In this document: in pieces, positions 1-11,900 of the stretch
Layout of the letters: each line of letters starts with the position of its first letter
Position numbering within the stretch: the first letter of the stretch is position 1
From: Octopus sinensis
Taxonomy: Eukaryota
DNA: 64,000 nt
Direction: 5' to 3'
Assembly (NCBI RefSeq): GCF_006345805.1
Contig: NC_043006.1
Location: forward strand, 45,260,001-45,324,000
Translations under genes and position numbers: made by a program
The notes under the pieces: generated by a model
The model's input: the letters and a program-made list of their open reading frames with translations, nothing else
What the model was told of the DNA's origin: nothing
Databases searched by the model: none

Positions 1-464
1 AGATGGGGGAAATCAAAGTAGTGAGTGAAGGGGAGAGAGAGAGAGAGAGAGACAAGGAGAGAATGAGCGAAAGAGAGCAGAGACAGATAGAGATGGCAGT
101 AGAGAGAAACAGTGAGTGTGTGGGAGGGAAGAGAGAGAGGAAAATAATGAAACCGTATACAGCAGTGACAAAAACTGAAAAAAGAAGAGTAAGAGAAAGA
201 AATGGATTAACAGCAAAGCGTGTGTGAGTGCAGACAAGACAATAAATATTGGTGAACCCAAAGCTGCATGGTTAAGAAGACCACTTGGCAACCATATAGT
301 TTCAAGTTCAGTCCCACTGTACAGCACCATAAGTAAGTGTCTCTTCTACTATAGCCCCCAGGCTAACCAATGCCATGCCAATGAATTTGATCAACAGAAA
401 CTCTGCGAAAACCAATCTCTCTCTCTCTTTCACACACACACACACACCATCCTCCTCATCAATG

Positions 465-950
465 TCATCATTTAACATCTGCCTTCCATGCTAGCATGGG
501 TGTGACAGTTTCACAAGAGCCGGCCAGGCAGAAGCCTGCACCAGACTTCTGTGATAGTTTGGGCAGGATTTTTACAGCTGGATGCCCTTCCTAACACCAA
601 CCACTCAGCAGAGAGGACTTGGTGCTTTTAACGTGGCACAAGCACAGGCGAGGCCAGTTCTGGCAAGATTCTTACAGCTTGATGCCCTTCCTAAAACCAA
701 CCACTCAGCAGAGAGGACTTGATGCTTTTAACGTGGCACAAGCACAGACGAGGTCAGTTCTGGCAAGATTCTTACAGCTTGATGCCCTTCCTAAAACCAA
801 CCACTCAGCAGAGAGGACTTGGTGCTTTTAACGTGGCACAAGCACAGGTGAGGTCAGTTCTGGCAAGGCTCTTACAGCTTGATGCCCTTCCGAACACCAA
901 CCACTTTACAGTGTGGACTGGGTGCTTTTAAGTAGCACCTGCACAGACAG
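465..950 (-). mobile_element. RTE-LINE 3'UTR fragment with an internal 100-bp tandem triplication
   Basis: Unit TTACAGCT(G/T)GATGCCCTTCCTAA...GGCAAG repeats at 100-bp spacing (about 572, 672, 772, 872). Confidence 0.8.
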
Positions 951-1545
951 GATCACCAAGTACTTGCAAAAAGATGAAAAGCAAAGTTTCACCTTGGCAG
1001 CATTTGAACTCAGAACATAAAAACAGAAAAATTGCTGCTAAGCATTTTGCCCAGCATGCTAACAATTTGGCCAGTTCACCATCTTAATGAAAACAACAAC
1101 AACACAACTATGATTTCTAAAAACAGCCAGAAGGGAAGGTTTAATAAAATGAAATACTTGGTCATCATCATCATCATCGTTTAACGTCTGCTTTCTATGC
1201 TAGCATGAGTTGGATGATTTGACTGAGGACTGGCAAACCAGATGGCTGCACATTTTATAAATCCCTGGAATAATCTGTCAAAATGAGCCGTGGCTTAATT
1301 TGACTTTCATTCTTTGACATGTTTAAGTTGTTTGACTGTGGCCATGCTGGAGCACTGCCATGAAGGGTTTTACTCGAACAAATCAACCCCAAGACTTTCT
1401 TTTTTTTTTTAAGCCTAGTACTTATTCTATCGGTCACTTTTGCCAAACTGCTAAGTTATGGGGACATAAACAAACCAGCACTGGTTGTCAAGTGGTGATG
1501 GAGAGACAAACACAGGCACAAAGACACACACACATAGATACATAC

Positions 1546-1581
<36 letters not shown>

Positions 1582-1847
1582 TAACAGGCATCTTTCAGTT
1601 TTCGTCAACGAAATCCACTCACAAGTCTTTGGTCAGCCTGATGCTATAGTAGGAGACATTTGCCCAAGGTACCACACAGTGGGACTGAAACCAGAACTAT
1701 GTGGTTGGGAAGCAAGTTTCTTACCACACAGCTACACCTGCACCAAAGAGAGATAAATAATAAAAGGCATTTCAGTTAAGACTCAGCTACACACCGATAA
1801 CACTAATAAAACAACATGCACCAAACATTGACACTAAAATTACTCAC

Positions 1848-2011
1848 CCCATTTTGCATGTGAGAATTATATCCTTCCATCCATCGTTGTTGAAGTCTCC
1901 AATAACCAGTGGAGCGGTTGGATGGCAAGGTGTGGAATGAGATGCAAGGATGGTACCTTCCTTGAGATCAAGCAATGTGAGCCGTTTCCACCCAGCAAAT
2001 ACTAGGGCATC
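1848..2011 (-). CDS. NERD1-like protein, coding exon 8 (gene continues beyond window start)
   Basis: tttctgcag|GAT...GG|gtgagt; 164 nt; FG-GAP motif LVIGDFNNDGWKDIIL. No stop codon reached; a C-terminal TM exon is expected outside the window. Confidence 0.93.
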
Positions 2012-2078
2012 CTGCAGAAAGAAAAACAAAAATTAAGTAAAAGTGAAGGACAATTCAAAAGAAGGCATTACATTTTAG

Positions 2079-2477
2079 AACTAGAAAAGCACTCGGAGAG
2101 CGCGCAGACCTCTGCCAAGCTCATTTTAAGATAGATACGCAAGTAAAATTAAAAATAGGGAAACAAAAATAAACTTTGGAAACAGCAACGCCACCATAGG
2201 TTACATGGAAACAATGAACGTGTTTTCAAGGGAGATAATCAAAGAACGCAACATTGTAATACTTCATGTAAAGTAAATACAACAAATGAAAAATCCTTCA
2301 AGAATCCATAAAAATTCCTGGATCACTACCAAAATTTCATTATCTGTTCGTTGTGTCATTACCAACTTTTCCTGCAAGTTCCATCAAATACCATTCACAA
2401 CGTTTTGAGTTATTTTGCACACAGACGGACAAACCAACGCTGATGAAAACATAACCTCCTTCCTTGGCGGAGGTAAT
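2079..2477. mobile_element. Helentron-associated non-autonomous element (HINE/DINE-like)
   Basis: Sub-terminal inverted repeat ACCTC(T)GCCAAG / CTTGGCGGAGGT, terminal hairpin ACCTCC...GGAGGT, and an ACAGACGGACAAAC microsatellite-like core. Confidence 0.65.
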
Positions 2478-2994
2478 TTGTTGCTTAATTACAATGTCAG
2501 GTCAGGTTATCCTCAGTGCTATGAGTAACATGTAATCCAGTACAACTTGTTACATTTATGTCAGGTTACTTTGAGAGCCACTAGCAAAATGCAACCAAGT
2601 AAAACCTGTCACAAGGTTGGGTTGTTAGTAACTGAACCAGCAACCCTATTAAGCTTGCTTGCTTGTAAGAAGGGTGGTTTTTGTTGGACATACTACAGGA
2701 TGAACAACAAAACCTGTCAAAATCTGGATGAACTCAGTAAAGCCAACAGCTTTCCAACATCTTACCATGAAAGGCTTCTTGTCTTTGTTTAGACATCTCT
2801 CTAAGAGAAGGAATATTCTGATGTAACACTTGCAACTTCATTTGTATTCAAAGATATAGACAAGTCCTTCTTTTTGGACAAATACATTGTTTAGAGAGTG
2901 AGATTAGCCCTGTGCAAAGCCTTTCCTTGCTCAAAAAGCTTTAGATACAGACATCACATGATTCCTACCATCTCTATTATATGTTGCACACTAT

Positions 2995-3335
2995 GGTGCG
3001 AAAGTGCATGGCTCACTGATTAGCATGTAGGGCTCACAATCATGAGGCAGTGAATTCAATTCCCAGACTGGACTGTGTATTGTGTTCTTGGGCAAGACAC
3101 TTTATTTCACATTGCCCCAGTTCACTCAGTTGTAGAAATGAGTTGCGACATCACTGGTGCCAAACTGTATCAGCCTTTGCCTTTCCCTTGGATAACATCA
3201 GTAGTGTGAAGAGGGGAGGCTGGTATGCATGGGTGGCTGATGGTCTTCATAAACAATCTTGCCTGGACTTGTATCTCAGAGGGTAACTGTCAAGGTGCAA
3301 TCCCATGGTCATTCATGACCGAAAAGGGTCCTTAC
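2995..3335 (+). mobile_element. tRNA-derived SINE (tail type i), decayed
   Basis: A/B-box head, GTGT(T)CTTGGGCAAGACACTT core; same family as 42134-42476 and 42738-43070. Confidence 0.75.
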
Positions 3336-3350
3336 TCTTTGTCCTTTTTT

Positions 3351-3382
<32 letters not shown>

Positions 3383-3624
3383 GCATGTTTGTTCACCCCA
3401 CCACCACCAGCGCTAGCTTGTTTACATTTTACATCCCCATAACTTAGCAGTTCAGCAAAAGAGACCAATAGAATAAGTACAAGCCTTAAAATTAAGTACT
3501 GGTATCAATTTGTTCAACTAAATCCTTCTAAGCAGTGCCCCAGCATGGCTGCAGTCCAATGACTGAAACAAGTAAAAGATAAAATATGTACAGAACAGTG
3601 AAAAATGTAAACAATATATATCAC

Positions 3625-3765
3625 CTTGGTCCCATAGACTTGCAGAGAGAGGGACTGATAATTTGGTAGGAATGATTTTGTGTAAATCTCCCAGCGCTCT
3701 ATGTTTGAAACTTTATCCTTTAGTGCAGCACGACCTTCTTCAAACCAAGATGATGAAGTCTGCGT
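3625..3765 (-). CDS. NERD1-like protein, coding exon 7 (absent from the ORF track)
   Basis: tttacag|ACG...AAG|gtgata; 141 nt, phase 0/0; TQTSSSWFEEGRAALKDKVSNIERWEIYTKSFLPNYQSLSLQVYGTK. Confidence 0.88.
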
Positions 3766-4285
3766 CTGTAAACATCAAGATTTTCATACATATACATATG
3801 TTATATAACTATATTTAATACATAAAACATCTTGGGACAGAATCACCCTCAAGCAACTCAATCATCATTGAATGACATTATTCATGATAGTATATATAGG
3901 ACTAAATATTAAAAAATTATCAAAATTAATACCTTCAATTCTTATTCTAAATCATATACATTACATTATATAGACTACATGCGTTTCATGACAACATACA
4001 TATATAGATACATACATACTTATATATACATATATGTATGTGGTTGCCTACACGCGCGGAGTGGTTGGCGTTAGGAAGGGCATCCAGCTGTAGAAACACT
4101 GCCAGATCAGACTGGAGCCTGGTGCAGCCCCTGGCTTCCCAGACGCCGGTCGTACCGTCCAACCCATGCTAGCGCGGAAAACAGACGTTAAATGATGATA
4201 ATGATAATATGAGGGAATATTATTCCAAACTTACAGGGAAAAATTCAATTTAGAAATACTAAATCAAATTTGACAAAATATAAAA

Positions 4286-5198
4286 CTGTGGAAGTATGCT
4301 GTGCGTGAGAAGACCCGGCAAGACCAGTGAGAACAATCAAAATCAAATCATATATCCGTGTCCGCTGCCAGCCTCATCTGGCACCCGTGTCGATGATACG
4401 TAAAAGCACCATTCGCTCGTGGCCGTTTGCCAGCTCTGTCTGGCCCCCGTGTCGGTGGCACGTAAAAGCACCATCCGTACGTGTTTGTTGCCAGCCTCGG
4501 CTGGTCCCCGTGCCAGTGACACGTAAAAGCACCGTCCGTTCGTGGCCGTTTGCCAGCTCTGTCTGGCCCCGTGCCGGTGACACGTAAAAGCACCATCCGC
4601 TCATGTTCGTTGCCAGCCTCGGCTGGCCCCCGTGCCGGTGACACGTAAAAGCACCATCCGTTCGTGTTCATTGCCAGCCTCGGCTGGCCCCCGTGCCAGT
4701 GACACGTAAAAGCACCGTCCGTTCGTGGCCGTTTGCCAGCTCTGTCTGGCCCCGTGTCGGTGACACGTAAAAGCACCATCCGCTCGTGTTCGTTACCAGC
4801 CTCGGCTGGCCCCCGTGCCGGTGACATGTAAAAGCACCGTCCGTTTGTGGCCGTTTGCCAGCTCTGTCTGGCCCCGTGTCGGTGGCACGTAAAAGCACCA
4901 TCCGCTCGTGTTCGTTGCCAGCCTCGGCTGGCCCCGTGCCGGTGACACGTAAAAGCACCATCCGTTCGTGGCCGTTGTGCCAGCTCTGTCTGGCACCTGT
5001 GCAGGTGGCACGTAAAAAACACCCACTACACTCGCGGAGTGGTTGGCGTTAGGAAGGGCATCCAGCCGTAGAAACACTGCCAAATCTGACTGGGCCTGAT
5101 GAAGCCTTCCGGCTTCACAGACCCCAGTTAAACCGTCCAACCCATGCTAGCATGGAAAACGGACGCTAAATGATGATGATGATGATGATGATGATGAT
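4286..5198 (+). mobile_element. Young 5'-truncated RTE-clade LINE: ORF end plus 3'UTR with about 62-bp tandem array and (GAT)n tail
   Basis: Begins with ORF C-terminus LWKYAVREKTRQDQ*; about 11 CpG-rich units at 4356-5020; ends GGACGCTAAA(TGA)n. Confidence 0.8.
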
Positions 5199-5379
5199 AT
5201 ATATATATATATAAATTAGAAAAAAAACACCTTTTATCAATCCAATAATGAAAAATTAAATTATACCATTTAGAAAAATTACATATTATAGAAAGATTAG
5301 ATATACAATAAAACATATAACAATGATTAAGTAATTGTGCAAAATAATAAATAAAACATATATACTTGGTAGAATAACA

Positions 5380-5475
5380 TAGGCTTTCCATTTAATTCTA
5401 GTAATAAAATCTTTAATATTATTAATAAGTTTTAAAATATATTCCTTTCTAGATGGTGTAGGAATATCCTTCAAA
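5380..5475 (-). mobile_element. Penelope-like element ORF N-terminal fragment
   Basis: KDIPTPSRKEYILKLINNIKDFITRIKWKAY resembles the KNIPxPS...L...F..R.RWKA N-terminus of PLE ORFs (recalled); lies in an AT-rich segment bounded by (TA)n. Confidence 0.5.
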
Positions 5476-6008
5476 GATGAATTCCCAAAAATATAATAGG
5501 CATATACACACTATATATATATTATATATCCCAGTGTAGATATGGTAATATATGCTCTCTCTCTCTCTCTCTTTCTCTGCACACATGCAAATGCATGAAT
5601 GCATTTATTTGGATATATAAAAGATGTCATCTTTTAATATCTTATTGCTTAAGGCCAACTGTTCTCAAACTTTACTTGTGATGCACTTTAGAACAAGCAA
5701 ACATATTTCACTGTACTTTAGTGATAAAATACAGTAAGCATTTCTATATTTTAGCCTAAGACTATATATAATTAAAATTATTTACTTCATCTTTGCTTCT
5801 TCATTAAATAAATGAAGCATAATTATCAAGATTTTTTTCCTATTTTAAATTTTAGTTTGTCTTCACCTTTCTTTTTTTCTGTATATTTAAAAAATTTTTT
5901 TACAGTACACCTAGATACAATTATGACACAATGTTTTGGAAACTATATGGTTCAGCCATCCTTACAGATTATCTTAGTACACTGAATTTGTTCAACTACA
6001 CCCTACAA

Positions 6009-6177
6009 TTCTATATTTAAGAGATGAGGAATTATGTACATTATTTACATTTGACGGATATTTGTCCTCATCTTGTTTGTTGTTAAAACAACGGTTCGGC
6101 TGATATATCCTCCAACCTTCATCAGGTGTCTTGGGAAAATTTCAAACCCGAGTTCTCATTCCTAAAGTATTTTTCTA

Positions 6178-6222
<45 letters not shown>

Positions 6223-6502
6223 AGTCACTGCCTGGAATCGAACTCGGAATCTTGGGGTTAGTATAATAATAATAGGCATAGTGATTAAGAGTGTGGGCTA
6301 CTAACCCCAAGATTCCAAGTTTGATTCCAGGCAGTGGCCTGAATAATAATAAGAAGAATAACAACATAGTAATATACCTTAGGAATGAGAACCCAGGTTC
6401 AAAATTTCCCCAAGACACCTGATGAAGGCTGGAGGGTATATCAACTGAAACGTGTTAATAACAAACAAGATGAGGACAAATATCCATGAAATGTAAATAA
6501 TG
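6009..6502. mobile_element. Family A: tRNA head + (AAT)n + hammerhead element, inverted pair
   Basis: Minus copy about 6009-6261 and plus copy about 6272-6505. Flanked by 12-bp direct repeat TACACCCTACAA (5997-6008, 6503-6514) that splits an older SINE. Confidence 0.85.
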
Positions 6503-6624
6503 TACACCCTACAAAATGGTGCCCAGCATGGCCACATTCCAATGTTTGAAACAAGTAAAATGATAAAAAAAGATACAGAGAATAATCGTTTTAACCATTT
6601 TTGCTGTTTGTTGGTTGACCTTAC

Positions 6625-6763
6625 CTGCCATTGGTAGGCTCCATCCGAAGAATGAGAAGTCACTCTCCCAGAACTGGACACAGTCACAATATCATAGGCT
6701 ACTTTATTGGTCGGTAACCTGTGCCCCATCAAATGCTGAAGAATACCAGATTTTTTGGCCACA
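6625..6763 (-). CDS. NERD1-like protein, coding exon 6
   Basis: tttgtag|T...CAG|gtaagg; 139 nt, phase 2 to 0; DIVTVSSSGRVTSHSSDGAYQWQ. Confidence 0.92.
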
Positions 6764-7315
6764 CTACAAATATAAACAAGTAGTCATAAGTAAGTACACA
6801 AGTATAACAAAATAAAAGGTGGACAGGTTCTTGCAAGGCATCGAGTTATTTATAGCATTTTTATACAGAAAAGAATATCAAAATATACAAATTAACAGAA
6901 AACCAAGAGAATTCAGAGAGTGGAAGTTCATAACGATTCCTCATAGACAGGTACAAATCCAGGAAGTTCATATATTAAGATTGTTGATGAGAGAGAGAAT
7001 TTGAATAGTCCTTTCAGTTGGTTCAACTAAGAATTCTAAGAATTATGAGTCAAAATATTGCAAGTAAAGGAGTGGAAAAAATGTAGATAGTTCTTTACAG
7101 CTGTTTCTGGGATATGGTGTTTATTAGAAGCACTTATGTGTATTGTGCCTATATATCATCATCATCATCATTGTTGTTTAACGTCCACTTTCCATGCTAG
7201 CATGGGTTGGATGATTTGACTAAGGGCTGGTGAACCAGATGGCTCCACCAGGCTTCAATTTTGATCTGGCAAAATTTCTACAGCTGGATGCCCTTCCTAA
7301 CACCAATATATATAC

Positions 7316-7346
<31 letters not shown>

Positions 7347-8401
7347 AAAGAAGAGTGTTTATGATATGTCCTTTGTAATGCATTATTACATTCCTTTTTA
7401 ATTATTTAATTTGTTGACTCATATCTGGTATTTTGCTGTGTCTCAATTTACCAGTCTTTTCTCATAAACACTGAGCATGATGTTGGAATTCAGAATTTAA
7501 ATATGTAGATAGAGGTTGACACATTATTCTTGCTGGTCGGGATTCTTATAAGCCCCAAGGTAAGATTTTGTATCAATTTGTATCTATAGGAATATTCTCC
7601 TGAAGAGAGGAATGGAACCATTATCTTGTTTATTTCTGTTATTTTATGATATGGTATATAATATGGTATAATAGGTTCCTAACCTTGAAATTGCAATAGA
7701 GAATTAACCTTTTATTTTTAAATTGTGGATTTTATAGGTCATGTCACTCGCAGACAGCTTTATTCTCAGGAGAAATAATATACATACATGTATCATCATC
7801 ATCATCACCACCATCGTTTAACGTCTGTTTTCCAAGCTAGCATGGGCTGAACGGTTCGACCGGGTCTGGAAGCCAGGAGGCTGCACCAGGCTCCAGTCTG
7901 ATCTGGCAGTGTTTCTACAGCTGGATACTCTTCCTAACGCCAACCACTCTGTGAGTGTAGTGGGTGCTTTTTACATGCCACCAGCACAGGGGCCAGAAGA
8001 GGCTGGCAATGTCCACGATTGGTTGGTGCTTTTTATGTGCCACCGGCACAGATGCCAGTCAAGGCGGCACTAATTATAATATTCATGTTTTAACAATTTA
8101 TTTTTCAAAATCAGGTGGATCACACTTTTTTTAACTCCTACTCATAACTAATGTAAGTATGCATTATAAATTACTTCTCTCTTAGTAACATTTCTATAGG
8201 CAGGGACTTACCCAACCCTTTTTTCTTTTTCTTAGTTTTTGTAATTAACCCATGCAACCACTTTAGGGACAGTATGAACAATAAAGAGTATTTGGGTATC
8301 ACAAAGTTTGTCTAGCAGGAACATTTCCAAAATGAAACTATGATTCATGGAACTACTAAAGATTCATGGATTATGTTTCTGAAGAAAAAGTTGCTACAGA
8401 C

Positions 8402-8910
8402 CTTTTCACCACTATCGGAGCAAGAAATCGGTTAGCATCTTCTTCGTAACTCCAAGAACGGGACCAAAACAGTCTTTTAGTCACGCATACAGCTATCTGA
8501 TTTATGCTCTCTTTCTCGGGGTAAAATCTGTGGACATCAATATAACATGGGTTACGACCTCCAGCGCCACCAGAAGAAACAGCTTCGATGCTAAAATCAC
8601 CATCAAAATTCACATAGGTGGCTCCCTCTACTGGCAGAGACAGTCTAGTTATAGGCCGTCCCGATACCAAGTTCAACACTTCAATACCAAACTGGTTGTA
8701 GATAATCACAGCATTGGGCTCAGGGATGTGGTCACTGGGGTTGTGTGGACGCTGGCCTCCATGGGCATAACCAGCTAAATGTTCAGATTCAAGAGCACTT
8801 CGGATAGGATGAGGCCGGCTCTCAGTGTTGTCCTTGCTTTGATCATCAAGCTGCTTTTCCATCCGTGCTGCAACAAACCTAGTATCTCTAAGGTTGTTCC
8901 AAGAATGAGG
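8402..8910 (-). CDS. NERD1-like protein, coding exon 5
   Basis: ttatttcag|CCT...AG|gtctgt; 509 nt, phase 0 to 2; PHSWNNLRDT, PNAVIIYNQFGIEVLNLVSGR, YVNFDGD. Confidence 0.92.
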
Positions 8911-9030
8911 CTGAAATAATGAACAGAAATCAAATGAGAATAATGATATTCCCTTCAAATACAAACTATAACAACATTAAGAACAACAAACCATAGGTGT
9001 AGGAGTGGCTATGTGGTAAGTAGCTTGCTT

Positions 9031-9342
9031 GTGGAGGCACATGGCCTAGTGGTTAGAGCAGCGAACTCACAGTCGAAGGATCGCTGATTCGAATCTCAGA
9101 CTGGGTGATGTGTGTGTTTATGAGGGAAACACCTAAGCTCCACGCGGCTCCAGCAGAAGGTAATGGCGAAACTTCTGCTGACTCTTTCGCCACAACTTTC
9201 TCTCACTCTTTTCTCCTGCATCTTGCAGCTCACCTGCGACAGACTGGCGTTCCGTCCAGGTGGGGAACCTATACGCCAAGAAATCGGGGAACTGGCCCTT
9301 ATGAGCCAAGCACGGCTCGAGAAGGAACAGACAAAAAAAAAC
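9031..9342 (+). mobile_element. tRNA-derived SINE nested in the head of another SINE
   Basis: 13-bp TSD AAGTAGCTTGCTT at 9018-9030 and 9343-9355. Confidence 0.9.
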
Positions 9343-9833
9343 AAGTAGCTTGCTTACCAGCCACATGGTTCCGGGTTCAGTCCCACTGCATGGCACCTTG
9401 GGCAAGTGTCTTCTACTATAGCCTCGGTAGATGGAAACTGAAAGAAGCTAGTCGTATATATGTATATATATATATACATATAACTGCTAGGTTATGGGGA
9501 CTCAAACAAACCAACACCGGTTGTCAAGTGGTGGTGAAGGGACAAACATAGACACAAAGACATACACACACAAAGATATACATATATATATGACAAACTT
9601 CTTTCAGCTTTCATTTACCAAATCCACTCACAAAGCTTTGGTCGGGCCAAGGCTATAGCAAGGTGCCACATACACATTATTTACATTATTTACATTTGAC
9701 GGGTATTTGTCCTCATCTTGTTTGTTGTTAACACAACATTTCAGCTGATATACTCTCCAGCCTTCATTAAGTGTCTTGGGGAAATTTCAAACCTGGGATC
9801 TCATTCCTAAGGTATTTTTCGATGTTGTTGTTG

Positions 9834-9871
<38 letters not shown>

Positions 9872-9875
<4 letters not shown>

Positions 9876-9946
9876 TCACTGCCTGGAATCGAACTTGAAA
9901 TCTTGGGGTTAGTAGCCCGCGCTCTTAACCACTACGCCATATGCCC
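9872..9946 (-). other. tRNA-Ile-like SINE head with Pol III A/B boxes; not a functional tRNA
   Basis: GGGCATATGGCGTAGTGGTTAAGAGCGCGGGCTACTAACCCCAAGATTTCAAGTTCGATTCC: A box TGGCGTAGTGG, B box GTTCGATTCC; poor acceptor and T stems. Confidence 0.75.
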
Positions 9947-9981
9947 ATGGGAATGAGAACCCAGGTTCGAAATTTCCCCAA

Positions 9982-10027
9982 GACACCTGATGAAGGCTGG
10001 AGGGTATATCAGCCGAAACATAGTGTT
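9982..10027 (+). ncRNA. Minimal type I hammerhead ribozyme motif (family A, best copy)
   Basis: GACAC-CTGATGA-A-GGCTG(loop)CAGCC-GAAA-CATA-GTGTT: stem I GACAC/GTGTT, stem II GGCTG/CAGCC, conserved core intact. Confidence 0.7.
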
Positions 10028-11734
10028 AAAAACAAACAAGATGAGGACAAATATCCATCAAATTTAAACAATGTAAATAATGTACATAATTCCTCGTCTC
10101 TTAAATATAGAACTGTAAGGCACATACATGTATAGAAATATGCACACATACACAAATACATATACAACAGGCCTCTTTCAGTTTCTGCAAACCAAATCCA
10201 CTGATCCCCTCTCGTGGTTTTGGTTAACCTGGAGTTATAATAGAAGACAAACATTTGGGCAAAGTGACACACAGTGGTGTTGAACCTAAAACCACATGGC
10301 TGTGAAGCAAACTTCTTAACCACACGACCATTCCTGCACACACTAATTCACAGGAGAGAGCATAAAACCCTAAAGCCATGTGGAAACAGTTGTGCTCAGT
10401 AAGCAGAGGAGTAGTAGATAGAAGTTGCATAGTATGCACCCTATCAAAAAAAAACAGGTGCTGTGTTATTTTCAAGTAGGCAGAGAGAAACAGGATACAT
10501 ACATAACAGATGGAGAAGAAGTTAACAGTAATCCCAGCCAATCACAACCAACCCCGGTGAAATGCAATCTTTAAAATAGCCAGAAGGATTCAGTAAGAAT
10601 AGTTGTCAGCTTCTTCTAACGAGGTAACCTAATCAGCAACAGTGGGAGTTGACTGTTACAAAAGCATTGGAGGTTAGAGTTGCAACAAGATGAAAAAAAA
10701 GAAATATTTGATGAAGTCTTACATCTGCTGGCAACTAAGGATTTCTCCCTCATTACTCTCACCTCTTCCCTCCTCCCTCTCTCTCTCTCTGACTGAGAAG
10801 CAGATTATATGATTCTTGTATGCGAAGCAAATGCTATGATGAACAGATGTGGAATCATCATTATCATCATAATGTCTACCTTCCCATACATGGGTCAAAT
10901 GGAATTTGTTGATGCAGGTTTTCCAAAGCTGGATGCCCTTCCCATCGCCAACCCTCATCCGCTTTATTTCCTATCGTCCCAGCTGATCTCTACCCCTCCC
11001 CATCTCTAACTCTCCCCTCACACTCTTATAACCCCACCACACACCCTGCTTTCCCCACTCCTGCTCAACTCCTTGCTCCTTAAGGATTTACTCTGGCACC
11101 CCATCACTACCATCGTCTCTTTTCTTCCTAGCTACTCCCATCTACCCTTATATAATTCAGGGTAGCCATATATCTCTTCCATAGGCCTTGTCCTTCTATC
11201 ATACTTTAACCTCACAACACCTGGTACAAAGCCCTTACTTAGATGAGGCAGGGGGTCCCTTTCTCTTTTCCTAGCTCCCAAGTTATTTTATGACCTTACT
11301 AGAGAGCCATAGAAAGCATGCCAAAGCTGACAAAGGAACTTGCTATAGCTCTGTTCACCAGACGCTGTCAAAGCATCCAACCCATGCCAGCACGGAAAAC
11401 AAATGTTAGATGATGATGATGATGACAAATATCAATGTCAAAGTAGTATCGATGAGAGGACATGCAGATACACAAACACATCTTTCATTCATTTAGTTTA
11501 CATCTGGTTTTCCATGCTAGCATGGGTTGGATGACTACATCCTCATTTGAGGATTTGTTCTACAGTTGGATGCCCTTCCTCTTGCTAACCCTCACCTTTT
11601 TCTTTTAAGTATAGAATTTTTTTTAATCCACCTGTTCTTCAAAAGCAGAGGTAGAGGATGATTTGTTGACAGGGAATGTCAAGAAACATATTCATTTACA
11701 CACATATGTACAAGCATATATACATACATATATA

Positions 11735-11900
11735 ATCTAAATATATATATATCTTATATAAAATCCATTCTGTCTGTTCTCGGATCTCAGGCATCCTCCA
11801 TCCAATTGCGCTCAAATTTGATATGTAGATACCGACAGTATCAGGGCATGTATAAGTCTTGAAAAAATTACAGAAATCGATTCCAGGTGAGAATGCGATT
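11735..11900 (+). mobile_element. Possible Helitron-type 5' end fragment
   Basis: TCTTATATAAAA start followed by CTGTCTG and CCAATT..CTCAAATTTG; no 3' CTAG end located. Confidence 0.35.

Larger units (their letters stand above)
9675..10116. mobile_element. Family A: second inverted pair
   Basis: Minus copy with complete tRNA-like head (9946 down to about 9675), plus 5'-truncated plus copy (about 9949-10116). Possible TSD CACATACA at 9667-9674 and 10121-10128. Confidence 0.85.

Noticed and set aside
4348-5140. 224-aa and overlapping repetitive ORFs; superficially CRISPR-like periodicity
   Set aside because: Translations of a tandem array; there are no unique spacers, no cas genes, and the context is eukaryotic.
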